Below the pieces are notes generated by a model. That model searched no databases and was not told the origin of the DNA. It saw nothing but the letters and a program-made list of their open reading frames with translations. A program made the translations under genes and the position numbers. DNA of 64,000 nt from Spirochaetia bacterium (lineage in GTDB: Bacteria; Spirochaetota; Spirochaetia; SZUA-6; Bin103): NCBI GenBank assembly GCA_965203055.1, contig OZ241863.1, positions 96,001 to 160,000 on the forward strand, in the 5' to 3' direction. Positions within the stretch are counted from its first letter, which is position 1. Every line of letters begins with the position of its first letter. Of the stretch, positions 9,304 to 18,928 are shown one piece after another.

Positions 9304-9372
9304 TTGACCGCGATACCGCCGGCTGCTGCAAGCGAACGTTCGTTCCGCCCGCAGAGGCAGTATATTCAGCGG

Positions 9373-10383
9373 GTGAAGTCCACGAATTCGGCGCCGGCTC
9401 GCGCGCGGGGCGCCCCGCCGCCTCCCGTCGAAGCTGCCGGCCTGGTGAAGCGGTACGGGCAGGTGACCGCGCTGGACGGTCTCGACCTGAGCGTGTCCGA
9501 GGGAACCGTGCTCGGCCTGCTTGGTCCGAACGGCGCGGGCAAGACCACCGCGGTGTCGATTCTGGCCACGCTGATCACGCCGGACGCCGGCAGCGCGCGG
9601 ATCACCGGCGTCGACGTGGTGGCGAAGCCGCGCTCGGTGCGGCGCCGCATTGGTCTGTCAGGACAGTTCGCCGCGGTGGACGAGCACCTCACCGGGTTCG
9701 AAAACCTCGACATGATCGGGCGCCTCTACCATCTGGGCCGCGCGCGCGCCCGGGCCCGCGCCGCCGAGCTGCTCGACCTGTTCGATCTGACAGCCGCCGG
9801 CGGGCGCCCGGTAAAGACCTACTCGGGCGGGATGCGGCGGCGCCTCGACCTGGCCGGCGCCCTGGTGGCGGCGCCGCCGGTGCTGTTTCTGGACGAGCCC
9901 ACTACCGGCCTCGACCCGCACAGCCGACGCCAACTCTGGGAGGTGATCCGGCGCATGGTCGGCGGCGGCACCACGGTGCTGCTCACTACCCAGTACCTGG
10001 AGGAGGCGGACCAGCTCGCCGACCGCATCCTGGTGATCGACCACGGCAAGGCGATTGCCGAGGGCACCCCCGACGAGTTGAAGAGTCTGGTGGGCGCGGA
10101 GCGGATCGAGGTCACGGTGACCGCCGGCGAGGACGGAACCGGCGGCGGCGCGCTGCAGCGCGCGCAACGGTTGCTGGCCCGCTTCGCGGTTGGCGAGCAG
10201 CAGGTGGACCGGCGCGCGCGGTCGCTGATCATGCCGGTCGAAGGAGGGCCGGGAGTGCTTGCCCAGGCGCTGCGCGAGCTGGACCGGGCGCAGATTGCGG
10301 TGCAGGACGTCGGGCTGCGCCGCCCGACGCTGGATGACGTGTTCCTGACCCTGACCGGACATGCCACCGAGGAGGAGCAATGA
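9373..10383 (+). CDS. DrrA-type ABC exporter ATP-binding subunit
   Basis: GPNGAGKT, YSGGMRRRLD, FLDEPTTGLD, RRPTLDDVFL. Confidence 0.9.
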   Translation: MKSTNSAPARARGAPPPPVEAAGLVKRYGQVTALDGLDLSVSEGTVLGLLGPNGAGKTTAVSILATLITPDAGSARITGVDVVAKPRSVRRRIGLSGQFAAVDEHLTGFENLDMIGRLYHLGRARARARAAELLDLFDLTAAGGRPVKTYSGGMRRRLDLAGALVAAPPVLFLDEPTTGLDPHSRRQLWEVIRRMVGGGTTVLLTTQYLEEADQLADRILVIDHGKAIAEGTPDELKSLVGAERIEVTVTAGEDGTGGGALQRAQRLLARFAVGEQQVDRRARSLIMPVEGGPGVLAQALRELDRAQIAVQDVGLRRPTLDDVFLTLTGHATEEEQ

Positions 10384-11186
10384 CGGCGCTGCTGCACGCT
10401 CTCGCTGACGCCGCGGTCATCGCCAAGCGCAACGTGATCAAGATCAAGCGGGTGCCGGAGGTGCTGGTCTTCGTGCTGCTGTCGCCGATCATGTTCGTGC
10501 TGCTGTTCGCGTTCGTGTTCGGCGGTTCCATCAACATCCCCGGCGGCTCCTACCGGGAGTTCCTGATCGCCGGGATCTTCGCCCAGACCGTGGTGTTCGG
10601 CGCGACGTTCACCGGCGCGGGCCTGGCGGAGGACATCCAGAAGGGAATCATCAACCGCTTCCGCGCGCTGCCGATGTCGCGCAGCGCGCTGCTGGTGGGG
10701 CGTACGGTGAGCGACGTGGTGTACAACGCCCTGTCCCTCATGATCATGGCCCTGACCGGCCTGGTCGTGGGGTGGGGAATCAGCACCAGCGTGCCGGAAG
10801 CCGCGGCCGGATTCGGCCTGCTGCTGGCGTTCGCCTACGCGTTCTCCTGGGTGATGGCCTACGTGGGCCTGCTGGTACCCAGCGTGGAGGTGATCAACAA
10901 CGCCTCGTTCATGGTGACCATGCCGCTCACCTTCGTCGCCAACACCTTCGTGCCGGCCGAGAACCTGCCGCCGGCGTTGCGCGTCTTTGCCCTGTGGAAT
11001 CCGATTTCGGCCGTCACCCAGGCGACCCGCGAGCTGTTCGGCAACATTCCCCCCGGCACGCCGCCGCCTGCCGCCTGGCCGCTGCAGCACCCGGTGCTCT
11101 ACACGCTGCTCTGGGCGGTGGTCATCATCGCCGTGTTCGCGCCGCTGGCCGTGCACCGCTACCGCACCATCGGACAGCGCTCCTGA
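10380..11186 (+). CDS. DrrB-type ABC-2 permease
   Basis: About six hydrophobic segments, GIINRFRALPM and WNP motifs; ATGA-coupled to the ATPase. Confidence 0.9.
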   Translation: MTALLHALADAAVIAKRNVIKIKRVPEVLVFVLLSPIMFVLLFAFVFGGSINIPGGSYREFLIAGIFAQTVVFGATFTGAGLAEDIQKGIINRFRALPMSRSALLVGRTVSDVVYNALSLMIMALTGLVVGWGISTSVPEAAAGFGLLLAFAYAFSWVMAYVGLLVPSVEVINNASFMVTMPLTFVANTFVPAENLPPALRVFALWNPISAVTQATRELFGNIPPGTPPPAAWPLQHPVLYTLLWAVVIIAVFAPLAVHRYRTIGQRS

Positions 11187-11192
11187 AGGCGC

Positions 11193-12410
11193 CTACAGCG
11201 CACTGAGAGCGGGGCCGGCCGCCGCTCCGATCAGTACCACCAGCCAGGGCGGCAGCTTCCACCACGCCAGCAGGCCGAACGCCGCCAGCGCCAGCGCCAA
11301 GTCGCCCGGCGCATGGATCGCCGTGACCCACACCGGATCGTACAGCGCCGCCAGCAGCAGGCCCACCACCGCGGCGTTGACCCCCGCGACGGCGGCGCGG
11401 AAGCGGCCGGCCGAGCGCAGCCGGTCCCAGAGCGGCAGGATGCCGATCAGCAGCAGAAACGAGGGCAGATAGATGGCGCCGAGGGCCACCGCTCCGCCGC
11501 GCCAGCCGCCCGCCGGTCCCGCCATCACCGTCCCCAGATAGGCGGAGAAGGTGAACAGCGGCCCCGGAACCGCCTGCGCCGCCCCGTAGCCGGCGATGAA
11601 CTGGTCGCCGGTCACCCAGCCGGCCGGCTCCACCTCGGCCTGCAGCAGCGGCAGCACCACGTGCCCGCCGCCGAATACCAGTGCGCCCGAACGGTAGAAC
11701 CCGTCGATCAGCGCCAGCCAGGCGTGGTCCGTAAACTGCCGGGCAACCGGCAGCCCGGCCAGCAGGATCAGAAACAGGGCCAGGCAGATGACCGTCCGGT
11801 GGACGGCGGTTCCCGCACCGGCGCGCACCGGCGCCCGCGGAGACGCGGCCTCGTCTCGCAGCAGCAGCCACCCGGCCGCCCCGGCAAGGGCAATGACCAG
11901 CACCTGGGCCAGCGGCGTCCGCCAGAACAGCATGCCGACGGCGGCCAGCGCGGCGATGGTAGCGCGGCGGCGGTCGGGCGCCAAGTTGTGCGCCATACCG
12001 TAGAGCGCGTATGCGACCACCGCCGCCGCCACTGCCTTGAGGCCCCGCAGCCAGCCCGCGGCGATCAGTTGCTCGAAGGTCGCCACCCCGTAGCCGAACA
12101 GGATCAGCGCCGCCGCGGAGGGCAGCGTGAAGCCGAGCCACGCCGCCACCCCGCCGCCGATTCCGGCGCGCGTCATGCCCACCGCGATGCCGACCTGACT
12201 GCTGGCGGGACCGGGCAGCAACTGGCACAGGGCCACCAGATCGGCATAGGAGCGGTCGTCCAGCCACCGGCGCCGGGTAACGTACTCGGCGCGGAAGTAG
12301 CCGAGGTGGGCGACCGGCCCGCCAAATGAGGTGACGCCCAGCTTCAGCGCCGCGAGCAGCACTTCGAGAATCCGAGACCGCACGACCTGCCGTTGCCCGC
12401 CGTCCGTCAC
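11193..12410 (-). CDS. chrA: Chromate efflux transporter (CHR family)
   Basis: SFGGPVAHLGYF, QLLPGPASSQ, GALVFGGGHVVLPLL, AQAVPGP. Confidence 0.92.
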   Translation of the reverse strand: MTDGGQRQVVRSRILEVLLAALKLGVTSFGGPVAHLGYFRAEYVTRRRWLDDRSYADLVALCQLLPGPASSQVGIAVGMTRAGIGGGVAAWLGFTLPSAAALILFGYGVATFEQLIAAGWLRGLKAVAAAVVAYALYGMAHNLAPDRRRATIAALAAVGMLFWRTPLAQVLVIALAGAAGWLLLRDEAASPRAPVRAGAGTAVHRTVICLALFLILLAGLPVARQFTDHAWLALIDGFYRSGALVFGGGHVVLPLLQAEVEPAGWVTGDQFIAGYGAAQAVPGPLFTFSAYLGTVMAGPAGGWRGGAVALGAIYLPSFLLLIGILPLWDRLRSAGRFRAAVAGVNAAVVGLLLAALYDPVWVTAIHAPGDLALALAAFGLLAWWKLPPWLVVLIGAAAGPALSAL

Positions 12411-12413
12411 ACG

Positions 12414-12706
12414 TCACCAACGGGCGGCGTCGAGGCCGGGCACGCGGGAGAACTCGCCCAGGTTGCGGGTCGCCAACCTGATGGAATGCGCCAAGGCGAT
12501 GGCGGCGATCATCAGATCGTTCGCCCCGAGCGGACGGCCCTCACGCCGTAGCTGGGCTCTGATCATTCCGTAGCGCATGGCTGCCTCGTCGTCGAAGGGC
12601 AGCGACGGAAACGCTTGGCAGAAGGTCTCCACCCGCTGCAGGTTCTCGGCTACCCGCGCCGAGTTATACGCGGTATGCAGACGCTGGTGTCCAGCAGCCA
12701 GATCAG
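12414..12706 (-). pseudogene. vapC: VapC PIN toxin with an internal out-of-frame deletion
   Basis: The N-terminal IWLLDTSVCI is in one frame and joins AYNSARVAENL...DLMIAAIAL...LATRN..EFSRVPGL in another frame at 12672/12671. The segment carrying the conserved Glu is absent. Confidence 0.75.
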
Positions 12707-12924
12707 CGGATCGCCTCGACGTCCTCCGGCGGAGGATCATCCGGTTCGACCAGATCGCCGCGCCCGTGACGGAGCAGGTCGACCAGGCTCCGCGGCCACT
12801 CGGTGAGGCTCTCCCGCCGGATCAACGCGCTGATCCACGCCGACAGGCTGCGGTGCTGCTGCCCGGCCTGCTTGCGCGCCGCTTCCAGCACCTCCGCAGG
12901 CAGATACACGGTAACTTGCGCCAT
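12703..12924 (-). CDS. RHH (CopG-like) antitoxin, VapB-type
   Basis: MAQVTVYLP...SLSAWI ribbon-helix-helix with an acidic tail; the stop overlaps the toxin start. Confidence 0.75.
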   Translation of the reverse strand: MAQVTVYLPAEVLEAARKQAGQQHRSLSAWISALIRRESLTEWPRSLVDLLRHGRGDLVEPDDPPPEDVEAIR

Positions 12925-13078
12925 GTCCGCCGCACTATACGCGCCCAAGTATACGACCCGCAAGCTCCTTGTCAGGGCCGCGCGCGGCGCGCGGCCGGCG
13001 TGCATTCGCCGCACTCAACTGGCTCGCGTTGCTTGCGGAGTCGCATTGGGAGAGGCGGCTCTGCTATGGTGGCATGGA

Positions 13079-14095
13079 ATGCGCATCCTGTTCATTGGCG
13101 AAGTCGTCGGGGGAGCCGGCGTGTACTGCGTCAAGACGCTGCTGCCCGGTCTCAAGCGCGAGTTCGACATCGACCTCACCATCGCCGCCGCGGAGGGTGC
13201 TACCGGCGGCTTCGGCCTGGGCAAGGGACACTCCGTATACCTGCACAAGCTGGGAGTCGACGTCATCACTACCGGCGACTTCGCGTACTTCAAGCGCGAC
13301 ATGGTGGGCCACATCGCCCAGGCGCGCTACCTCCTGCGCCCGGCGAACTATCCCTACGGCAACCCCGGACGAGGGTGGCTGGTAGCGCGCCCGGCTCCCG
13401 GCGCGCGCCGGAAACCGCGGCGCGGCGAACCGCAACCGGACGCCGCCGGCGCCGCTCCGGGCGCCGCCCCGGCGGAATCAGGCGCCGCCAGCTCCCCGGC
13501 GCCGGAAGCCGCCGCGGCGCCGGAAGCCGCCGCGGCGCCGGCAACCGCCATTCGGCCTCCCGCTCCGGGCGCAGGGGTGATCTCGCTGCTGGGCCAGGCC
13601 GGATTCAGCCGCGTGCACCTGCGCAATCCGTTCGAAGTCGCCGGCGGGTTGATCGACCGCGTGCGGCAGCAGACCCCCATCGTGCTGGTGGACTTCCACG
13701 CCACCACCACGGCCGAGAAGGTGGCCATGAGCCTGTTCCTCGACGGCAAGGTGAGCGCGGTGCTCGGCACCCACGTGCGGACCCTGGCGGCGGACGCGCG
13801 CCTGCTCCCGGGCGGCACCGCGGCCATCACCCACAGCGGCCGTACCGGCAGCCTGAACTCGGTAGGCGGCCTCGATCCCGCGGTCGAGACGCGCAAGTTC
13901 CTCACCCAGGTGCACGAGCAGTCGCGCGATGCCTGGGGCCTGCTGGAGCTGCAAGGCGTGGTGCTGGAAATAGCCTCCGACGGCCGCGCGCAAAGCATCA
14001 CCGCGTTGCGCCGCCAGACCACGGCGCCGGAAGGCGCCCAGGCAACGCCGGCGGCGCAGCAGCAGCGCGGCCGCCGCGCGGGCAGACGCCGCTGA
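13079..14095 (+). CDS. YmdB/TIGR00282-family metallophosphoesterase variant with an Ala/Pro-rich insertion
   Basis: MRILFIGEVVG, GATGGFGL, LRPANYP, VDFHATTTAEK, GTH. Confidence 0.8.
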   Translation: MRILFIGEVVGGAGVYCVKTLLPGLKREFDIDLTIAAAEGATGGFGLGKGHSVYLHKLGVDVITTGDFAYFKRDMVGHIAQARYLLRPANYPYGNPGRGWLVARPAPGARRKPRRGEPQPDAAGAAPGAAPAESGAASSPAPEAAAAPEAAAAPATAIRPPAPGAGVISLLGQAGFSRVHLRNPFEVAGGLIDRVRQQTPIVLVDFHATTTAEKVAMSLFLDGKVSAVLGTHVRTLAADARLLPGGTAAITHSGRTGSLNSVGGLDPAVETRKFLTQVHEQSRDAWGLLELQGVVLEIASDGRAQSITALRRQTTAPEGAQATPAAQQQRGRRAGRRR

Positions 14096-14148
14096 CGCCG
14101 CTGACGCCGGCCCGGCCGCGCTCCGGCGCCCCCGGCGTCCGATTCTCG

Positions 14149-14177
14149 TTGACAAACGGGGTCCCCTCGCCCACCAT
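14149..14177 (+). promoter_or_regulatory. Putative sigma70 promoter of the rpoN operon
   Basis: TTGACA (14149-54), 17 nt, CACCAT (14172-77), 11 nt before ATG. Confidence 0.45.
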
Positions 14178-14188
14178 GCGGCCACGCC

Positions 14189-15571
14189 ATGTTGTCGCAA
14201 CAGCCCGTTCTGCGCCAGGAGCAGCGTCTCAAGATGACCCCGCAGCTCTACCAGGCGATTCGCATCATGGCGCTGCCCCTGCACGATCTGCAGTCCACCA
14301 TCCAGCAAGAGCTGGAGCGCAATCCGGCGCTCGAGGTGGTCGAGGACAACACCACTACCTCGTTGGACGAAGCCGGCGCGGCGCGTAACGAGGAGGAGAG
14401 CGTATTCGCCGAGTCGTCCGACCCCGGCTACCTGAACGGCAGCCGCGGCACCGACGAAGACGCCAAGCGCCGGTTCCTGGAGGGAGCTCTGGCGCGGCCG
14501 GAAACGCTGCAGGAACATCTGTCGTGGCAACTTCGCCTGCAGCCCCTCACCGCGCAGGAGTACCGCCTCGGCGAGCTGCTGATTCGCAACCTGGACCACA
14601 ACGGGTTTACGCTGGAGGAGCCCGAGACTCTGGACCGGGACGCTCCGCCGGAGCGGCTGGGCAAGCTGATCGAGATGATCCAGGGATTCGACCCGCCCGG
14701 CTGCTGTACCAGCGACTTCACCGCTTCGCTGCTGGCCCAGATCCGCGTGCACCCACATTCCGAACCGGGCAGCGCGGAGCTGGTGCGCAACTACATGGGA
14801 CTGGCCGAGCGCGGCAAGATCGCGGAGATCGCGCGCCGCATGGCGGTTTCGGAGGAGGAGGTGCGCGCCATCCTCGACTTCGTGCGCGAGCTGGATCCGA
14901 TTCCCGGGCGCAACTACAGCGCCGAGCAGGTGCGTTACGTGAGCCCCGACGTTATCGTCAAGCAGCTCGACGGCGAGCTTGGCCTGCTGCTCAATGACGA
15001 ACAGCTGCCGGTGTTGGGAGTCAATCGGTTCTTCGAGCAACTGAGCCGCGACGACTCTGACCGCGAGCTGCGCAAGTTCGTCAATCACAATCTGCAGGAT
15101 GCGCGCTGGTTCATGCGCAGCCTCGCCGAACGCAACCGTTCCCTGCGCAAGGTCACCGAGGCGGTAGTGAACGCGCAACGCGAATTCTTTCGCCGCGGGC
15201 CCAAGTACCTGGTACCCCTCACCCTCAAGGACGTCGCCGCCGAGGTCGGGGTCAGCGAGGCGACCGTATCGCGGCTGGCCAACGGCAAGTACGTGCAGAC
15301 CGAGTTCGGTATCTTCGAGTTGCGCTACTTCTTTACCAACTCGATCTCCGGGGCGGGTTCCAAAGGTTCCCGCTTTTCGAAAGCCGGCGTCAAGGAGATG
15401 ATCCGCGAGATCGTCACCGGCGCGGGCCCGACGGACGGGGCGGCCGGCAAGCCACTGTCCGACAGCCGTATCGCCGAGATACTCGCCGGTCGAGGAGCGA
15501 AGATCGCCCGGCGTACGGTGGCAAAGTATCGCAAGGAGCTGGATATCGACAGCTCCTATCGACGTACCTGA
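14189..15571 (+). CDS. rpoN: RNA polymerase sigma-54 factor
   Basis: Q/L-rich region I (QRLKMTPQLYQAI), SEATVSR HTH, RpoN box ARRTVAKYR. Confidence 0.97.
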   Translation: MLSQQPVLRQEQRLKMTPQLYQAIRIMALPLHDLQSTIQQELERNPALEVVEDNTTTSLDEAGAARNEEESVFAESSDPGYLNGSRGTDEDAKRRFLEGALARPETLQEHLSWQLRLQPLTAQEYRLGELLIRNLDHNGFTLEEPETLDRDAPPERLGKLIEMIQGFDPPGCCTSDFTASLLAQIRVHPHSEPGSAELVRNYMGLAERGKIAEIARRMAVSEEEVRAILDFVRELDPIPGRNYSAEQVRYVSPDVIVKQLDGELGLLLNDEQLPVLGVNRFFEQLSRDDSDRELRKFVNHNLQDARWFMRSLAERNRSLRKVTEAVVNAQREFFRRGPKYLVPLTLKDVAAEVGVSEATVSRLANGKYVQTEFGIFELRYFFTNSISGAGSKGSRFSKAGVKEMIREIVTGAGPTDGAAGKPLSDSRIAEILAGRGAKIARRTVAKYRKELDIDSSYRRT

Positions 15572-15597
15572 AATTCGACGACCAGGAGCAACGAACG

Positions 15598-15918
15598 ATG
15601 CAGCTTCAGGTAAAAGCGGTTCACTTCGAGCTGGCAGAGCGGCAACGACAACACGTCCACCGCCGGGTGCAGCGGTTCACCTTTGCGCACGAGTACCTGG
15701 TGGACCTGGCAGTGACCCTCACCCGGGAACGCAACCTGTTCCACGCCGAGGCCTCGCTGCACTTCCGGTGGGGCGCGATCACCCACCTCAAGGTGAGTGG
15801 CTATGATCTGATCGAGGCAGTCGACAGGCTGTTCGACAAGGTGCAGGCCAAAGTAACCAAGGAAAAGAGCCGGATCACTTCGCACGGCGACCCGCACCGC
15901 GCCGCGCCGCGCGGCTGA
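15598..15918 (+). CDS. hpf: Ribosome hibernation promoting factor (HPF/RaiA)
   Basis: 106 aa, AGGAG RBS, directly after rpoN; DLIEAVDRLFDKV...KEK pattern. Confidence 0.8.
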   Translation: MQLQVKAVHFELAERQRQHVHRRVQRFTFAHEYLVDLAVTLTRERNLFHAEASLHFRWGAITHLKVSGYDLIEAVDRLFDKVQAKVTKEKSRITSHGDPHRAAPRG

Positions 15919-15940
15919 CGCCGGCGCCGGCCGCCATCGG

Positions 15941-16897
15941 ATGACTGTTCTCGACCTGCTGCAGCTCGACCCGAAGGAGCACGAGCCGCTGGACCTGCGC
16001 TGCGTCGGCGGGCGCCGCGGGCTGACGGCGCAGCTCCACGGACCGGAGCTGAACCGGCCCGGCCTCGCCCTGGGCGGCTTCTTCGACAGCTTCGCCTGGC
16101 AGCGCATCCAGGTGTTCGGCCGGGGCGAGAGCGCCTACTTGCAGAAGCTGGCCGCGGAAGGGGTCACCGCGCCGCTGCGTGAGATGGTCTCGTATGAGCT
16201 TCCCTGCAGTGTATTTACCCACGGCATCGATCCCACCGAAGACTTTTTGCGCCTGGCGGAGGAGGCCGGACGGGCGGTGCTGCAAACGCCGCTGTCCACC
16301 GCCGACTTCACGTCGCGCGTGGTCCGCATTCTGGCCCTCATGTTCGCGCCGTCCACGCAGGTGCACGGCGTGATGCTGGAGGTGTTCGGGATGGGGGTGC
16401 TGCTTCAGGGGCCCAGCGGCGTCGGCAAGAGCGAAGCTGCGCTGGCACTGGTGGAGCGCGGCCACCGGCTGGTGGCCGACGACAAGGTCGATCTGCGCCT
16501 GGTCGGCAACGTGCTGCACGGCAGCGGGCCCCACGCCAGTCATCACATGGAGATCCGCGGCTTGGGCATCATCAACATCTCATACCTGTTCGGCGTGGGC
16601 GCGGTCCTCGATTCCAAGAGCGTGCAGCTCGTGGTGCGGCTGGAGGATTGGGAGCCGGGCAAAAGCTACGACCGGGTGGGACTCGATAAGAGTACCGTCG
16701 AGTTTCTCGACGTCGGCGTCCGTGAGGTGCTGATTCCGGTGCGCCCCGGGCGTCCCATCTGGATCCTCATCGAGACGGCGGCGATGAACGAACGTCTCAA
16801 ACACATGGGCTACTACTCGGCGGCAGAGTTCAACCGCAACGTCCCGCACTGGATGGACGGCAGTCGCCCGCGGACCGTCACGATCGAGGAGTGGTGA
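15941..16897 (+). CDS. hprK: HPr kinase/phosphorylase
   Basis: LNRPGLAL, VHGV, GPSGVGKSE, LVADD, HHMEIRGLGII. Confidence 0.96.
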   Translation: MTVLDLLQLDPKEHEPLDLRCVGGRRGLTAQLHGPELNRPGLALGGFFDSFAWQRIQVFGRGESAYLQKLAAEGVTAPLREMVSYELPCSVFTHGIDPTEDFLRLAEEAGRAVLQTPLSTADFTSRVVRILALMFAPSTQVHGVMLEVFGMGVLLQGPSGVGKSEAALALVERGHRLVADDKVDLRLVGNVLHGSGPHASHHMEIRGLGIINISYLFGVGAVLDSKSVQLVVRLEDWEPGKSYDRVGLDKSTVEFLDVGVREVLIPVRPGRPIWILIETAAMNERLKHMGYYSAAEFNRNVPHWMDGSRPRTVTIEEW

Positions 16898-16900
16898 GCG

Positions 16901-17173
16901 TTGATCGAACGTGAAGTTCTCATCATCAACCGGGCGGGCATCCATGCCCGCCCGGCCGCCAAGCTGGTGCAGACCGCCAGCGCGTTCTCGTGCGACATCT
17001 TTCTCGAGAGCGGGGGCGAACGGGTCAACGGAAAGTCCATCATGGGCATCATAACGTTGGGGGCCACCTATCAGACCAGGGTCAGAATCATTGCCGACGG
17101 CGCCGATGAACAGGCCGCGGTGGCCGCTCTGGCCGAGCTGTTCGCGCGCCGCTTCGAAGATCCGGAGTCGTGA
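16901..17173 (+). CDS. ptsH: Phosphocarrier protein HPr
   Basis: GIHARPA (His15) and GKSIMG (Ser46). Confidence 0.95.
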   Translation: MIEREVLIINRAGIHARPAAKLVQTASAFSCDIFLESGGERVNGKSIMGIITLGATYQTRVRIIADGADEQAAVAALAELFARRFEDPES

Positions 17174-17243
17174 TCGGAGCCGGGGCGCCGGCCGGCGCCC
17201 TTGGCGCGGCGCGGCGCAATCTTCATAATGCCGGAGAGCGGCG

Positions 17244-17855
17244 ATGAAGGGGTTGACGATCCGCCAGCGCGAGGTGTATGAGTTCATCGAAGGGTTCATC
17301 CGGCACAAGTACCCGCCGACGGTGCGCGAGCTCGCCGGCCACTTCGCCATTTCCGTCAGAGCGGCGCACGATCATCTCAAGGCACTGAAGAAGAAGGGCT
17401 TCATCCGCTGGGACGAGGGCCGGTCGCGGTCCATCGAGTTGCTTGACGCCGTCAGTCCCGCGCCGCCCCCGGAGCTGATAACGCGCGTTCCCTTGCTGGG
17501 CATCGTGGCGGCCGGGGTTCCGGTATTTGCCGACGAGAACTTCGAGGGCAGCGTGGTAATAGCCAGCGAGCTGCTCGGTTCCGGCGATCACTTCGCGTTG
17601 CGCGTGCAGGGGGACAGCATGAACGACGCCGGCATCCTCGACGGCGACATCGCCGTCATCCACCGCCAGCAGCATGCCGACAACGGCGACATCGTGGGAG
17701 TGATGATCGATCAGAAGGCGACCCTGAAGCGGTTCTTCCTGGAAGCCAACCGGGCCCGCCTGGAGCCGGCGAGTCGCAACCGCAGCCACCGGACGATATT
17801 CACCCGCGAACTCAGAATCCTCGGCAAGCTCCGGGTGGTGCAGCGGGTCTATTGA
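17244..17855 (+). CDS. lexA: LexA repressor
   Basis: LTIRQREV...PPTVREL wHTH, VAAG cleavage site, GDSM Ser, ATLKR Lys. Confidence 0.95.
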   Translation: MKGLTIRQREVYEFIEGFIRHKYPPTVRELAGHFAISVRAAHDHLKALKKKGFIRWDEGRSRSIELLDAVSPAPPPELITRVPLLGIVAAGVPVFADENFEGSVVIASELLGSGDHFALRVQGDSMNDAGILDGDIAVIHRQQHADNGDIVGVMIDQKATLKRFFLEANRARLEPASRNRSHRTIFTRELRILGKLRVVQRVY

Positions 17856-18928
17856 TGCCGTCCGGGACGAAGCGTACGCGGCGCGGCGCCAGCTCGCGCC
17901 GCGCCGCGCCGGCGCGCCGGGACGGCAGCCTGAGCGGCGGCGTACATCTCCTGCTCGGCCCGGAGGCGGGCCGCAAACGCGCCTTCGTGGAGCAGATCGC
18001 GGCGGCCGCCCAAGCGCGCCACGGCAACGTCGAGGTGCGGCGCGCCTTCCCCTACGACAACGACCTGATCGATCTGGTCGCCACCCTGCGCACGCCGGGA
18101 TTGTTCGCCGCCCATCAAGTCGTAGTGCTGCAGGAGGCGCAGGATCTGCGCGCCGGCAACCAGCTTGCCGCGCTGGCGGCGTACTGCCAGGAGCCGGCCG
18201 CGGCCAGCACGCTGGTCATGACGGCCAACGGCATGGCGCGCGACCTGCCGGCCGCCCTGACCCGCGCCGTGGGCAAGGAACGCACCAGAGTCTTCTGGGA
18301 AATGTTCGACAACGAGAAGCAGGGCTGGCTGCTGCACTTCTTCCGCAGCCGGGACATTCGCATCGACGCCGCCGCCTGCGCCCTGATCCTGGAACTGGTG
18401 CCGGCCGACGTTGCCTCGCTCGACGCGCTGTGCGGCAACCTGGCCAGCTTCTTCGGCGCCGGCGCCGCCATCTCGGCGCCGGACATCGAACAGTTCCTCT
18501 ACCACAGCAAGGAAGAGACCGTGTTCTCGCTGTTCGACCGGGTAGCGGAACGCGACCTGCAGGGCTGCCTGGAGACGGTGACGACGCTGCTCCTGTCGCG
18601 CCGCGGCGATGCGGTGCAGATCATCGGCGTGCTGCTGAGTCAGTTCCAGCGTCTGACCCAGCTCAAGGAGCTGCTGGCGGAGCGTACTTCCGAGGCGGCC
18701 GCGCTGCAGAAGTTGCGCATCACCGGCAAGCGCCTGCAACACACCTACCAGGAGGCTCATCGCCGCTACCCGGACGCGGCGATGGAGCCGATCTACCGCC
18801 TGCTGGTCGAGTTCGACACGCGCGCCCGCCTCCTCAGCCAGGAGTTGTCCGAGCCGCTGCTGCAGCTCCTGCTGTATCATGTTGTCGCGCGAGGCGGGCA
18901 AGGAGTGTGGCGGCCGTTTCGCGTGTAA
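17855..18928 (+). CDS. holA: DNA polymerase III delta subunit
   Basis: HLLLGPE, TPGLFA, VFWEMF, HSKEETVFSLFD; TGATG overlap with lexA. Confidence 0.8.
   Translation: MPSGTKRTRRGASSRRAAPARRDGSLSGGVHLLLGPEAGRKRAFVEQIAAAAQARHGNVEVRRAFPYDNDLIDLVATLRTPGLFAAHQVVVLQEAQDLRAGNQLAALAAYCQEPAAASTLVMTANGMARDLPAALTRAVGKERTRVFWEMFDNEKQGWLLHFFRSRDIRIDAAACALILELVPADVASLDALCGNLASFFGAGAAISAPDIEQFLYHSKEETVFSLFDRVAERDLQGCLETVTTLLLSRRGDAVQIIGVLLSQFQRLTQLKELLAERTSEAAALQKLRITGKRLQHTYQEAHRRYPDAAMEPIYRLLVEFDTRARLLSQELSEPLLQLLLYHVVARGGQGVWRPFRV

Noticed and set aside
17201..17220. TTGGCGC as a possible sigma54 -24 element
   Set aside because: No TTGC at the -12 position.
17174..17243. SOS box upstream of lexA (also checked upstream of uvrC)
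   Set aside because: No CTGT-N8-ACAG or GAAC-N4-GTTC match, and no shared palindrome that I could identify.
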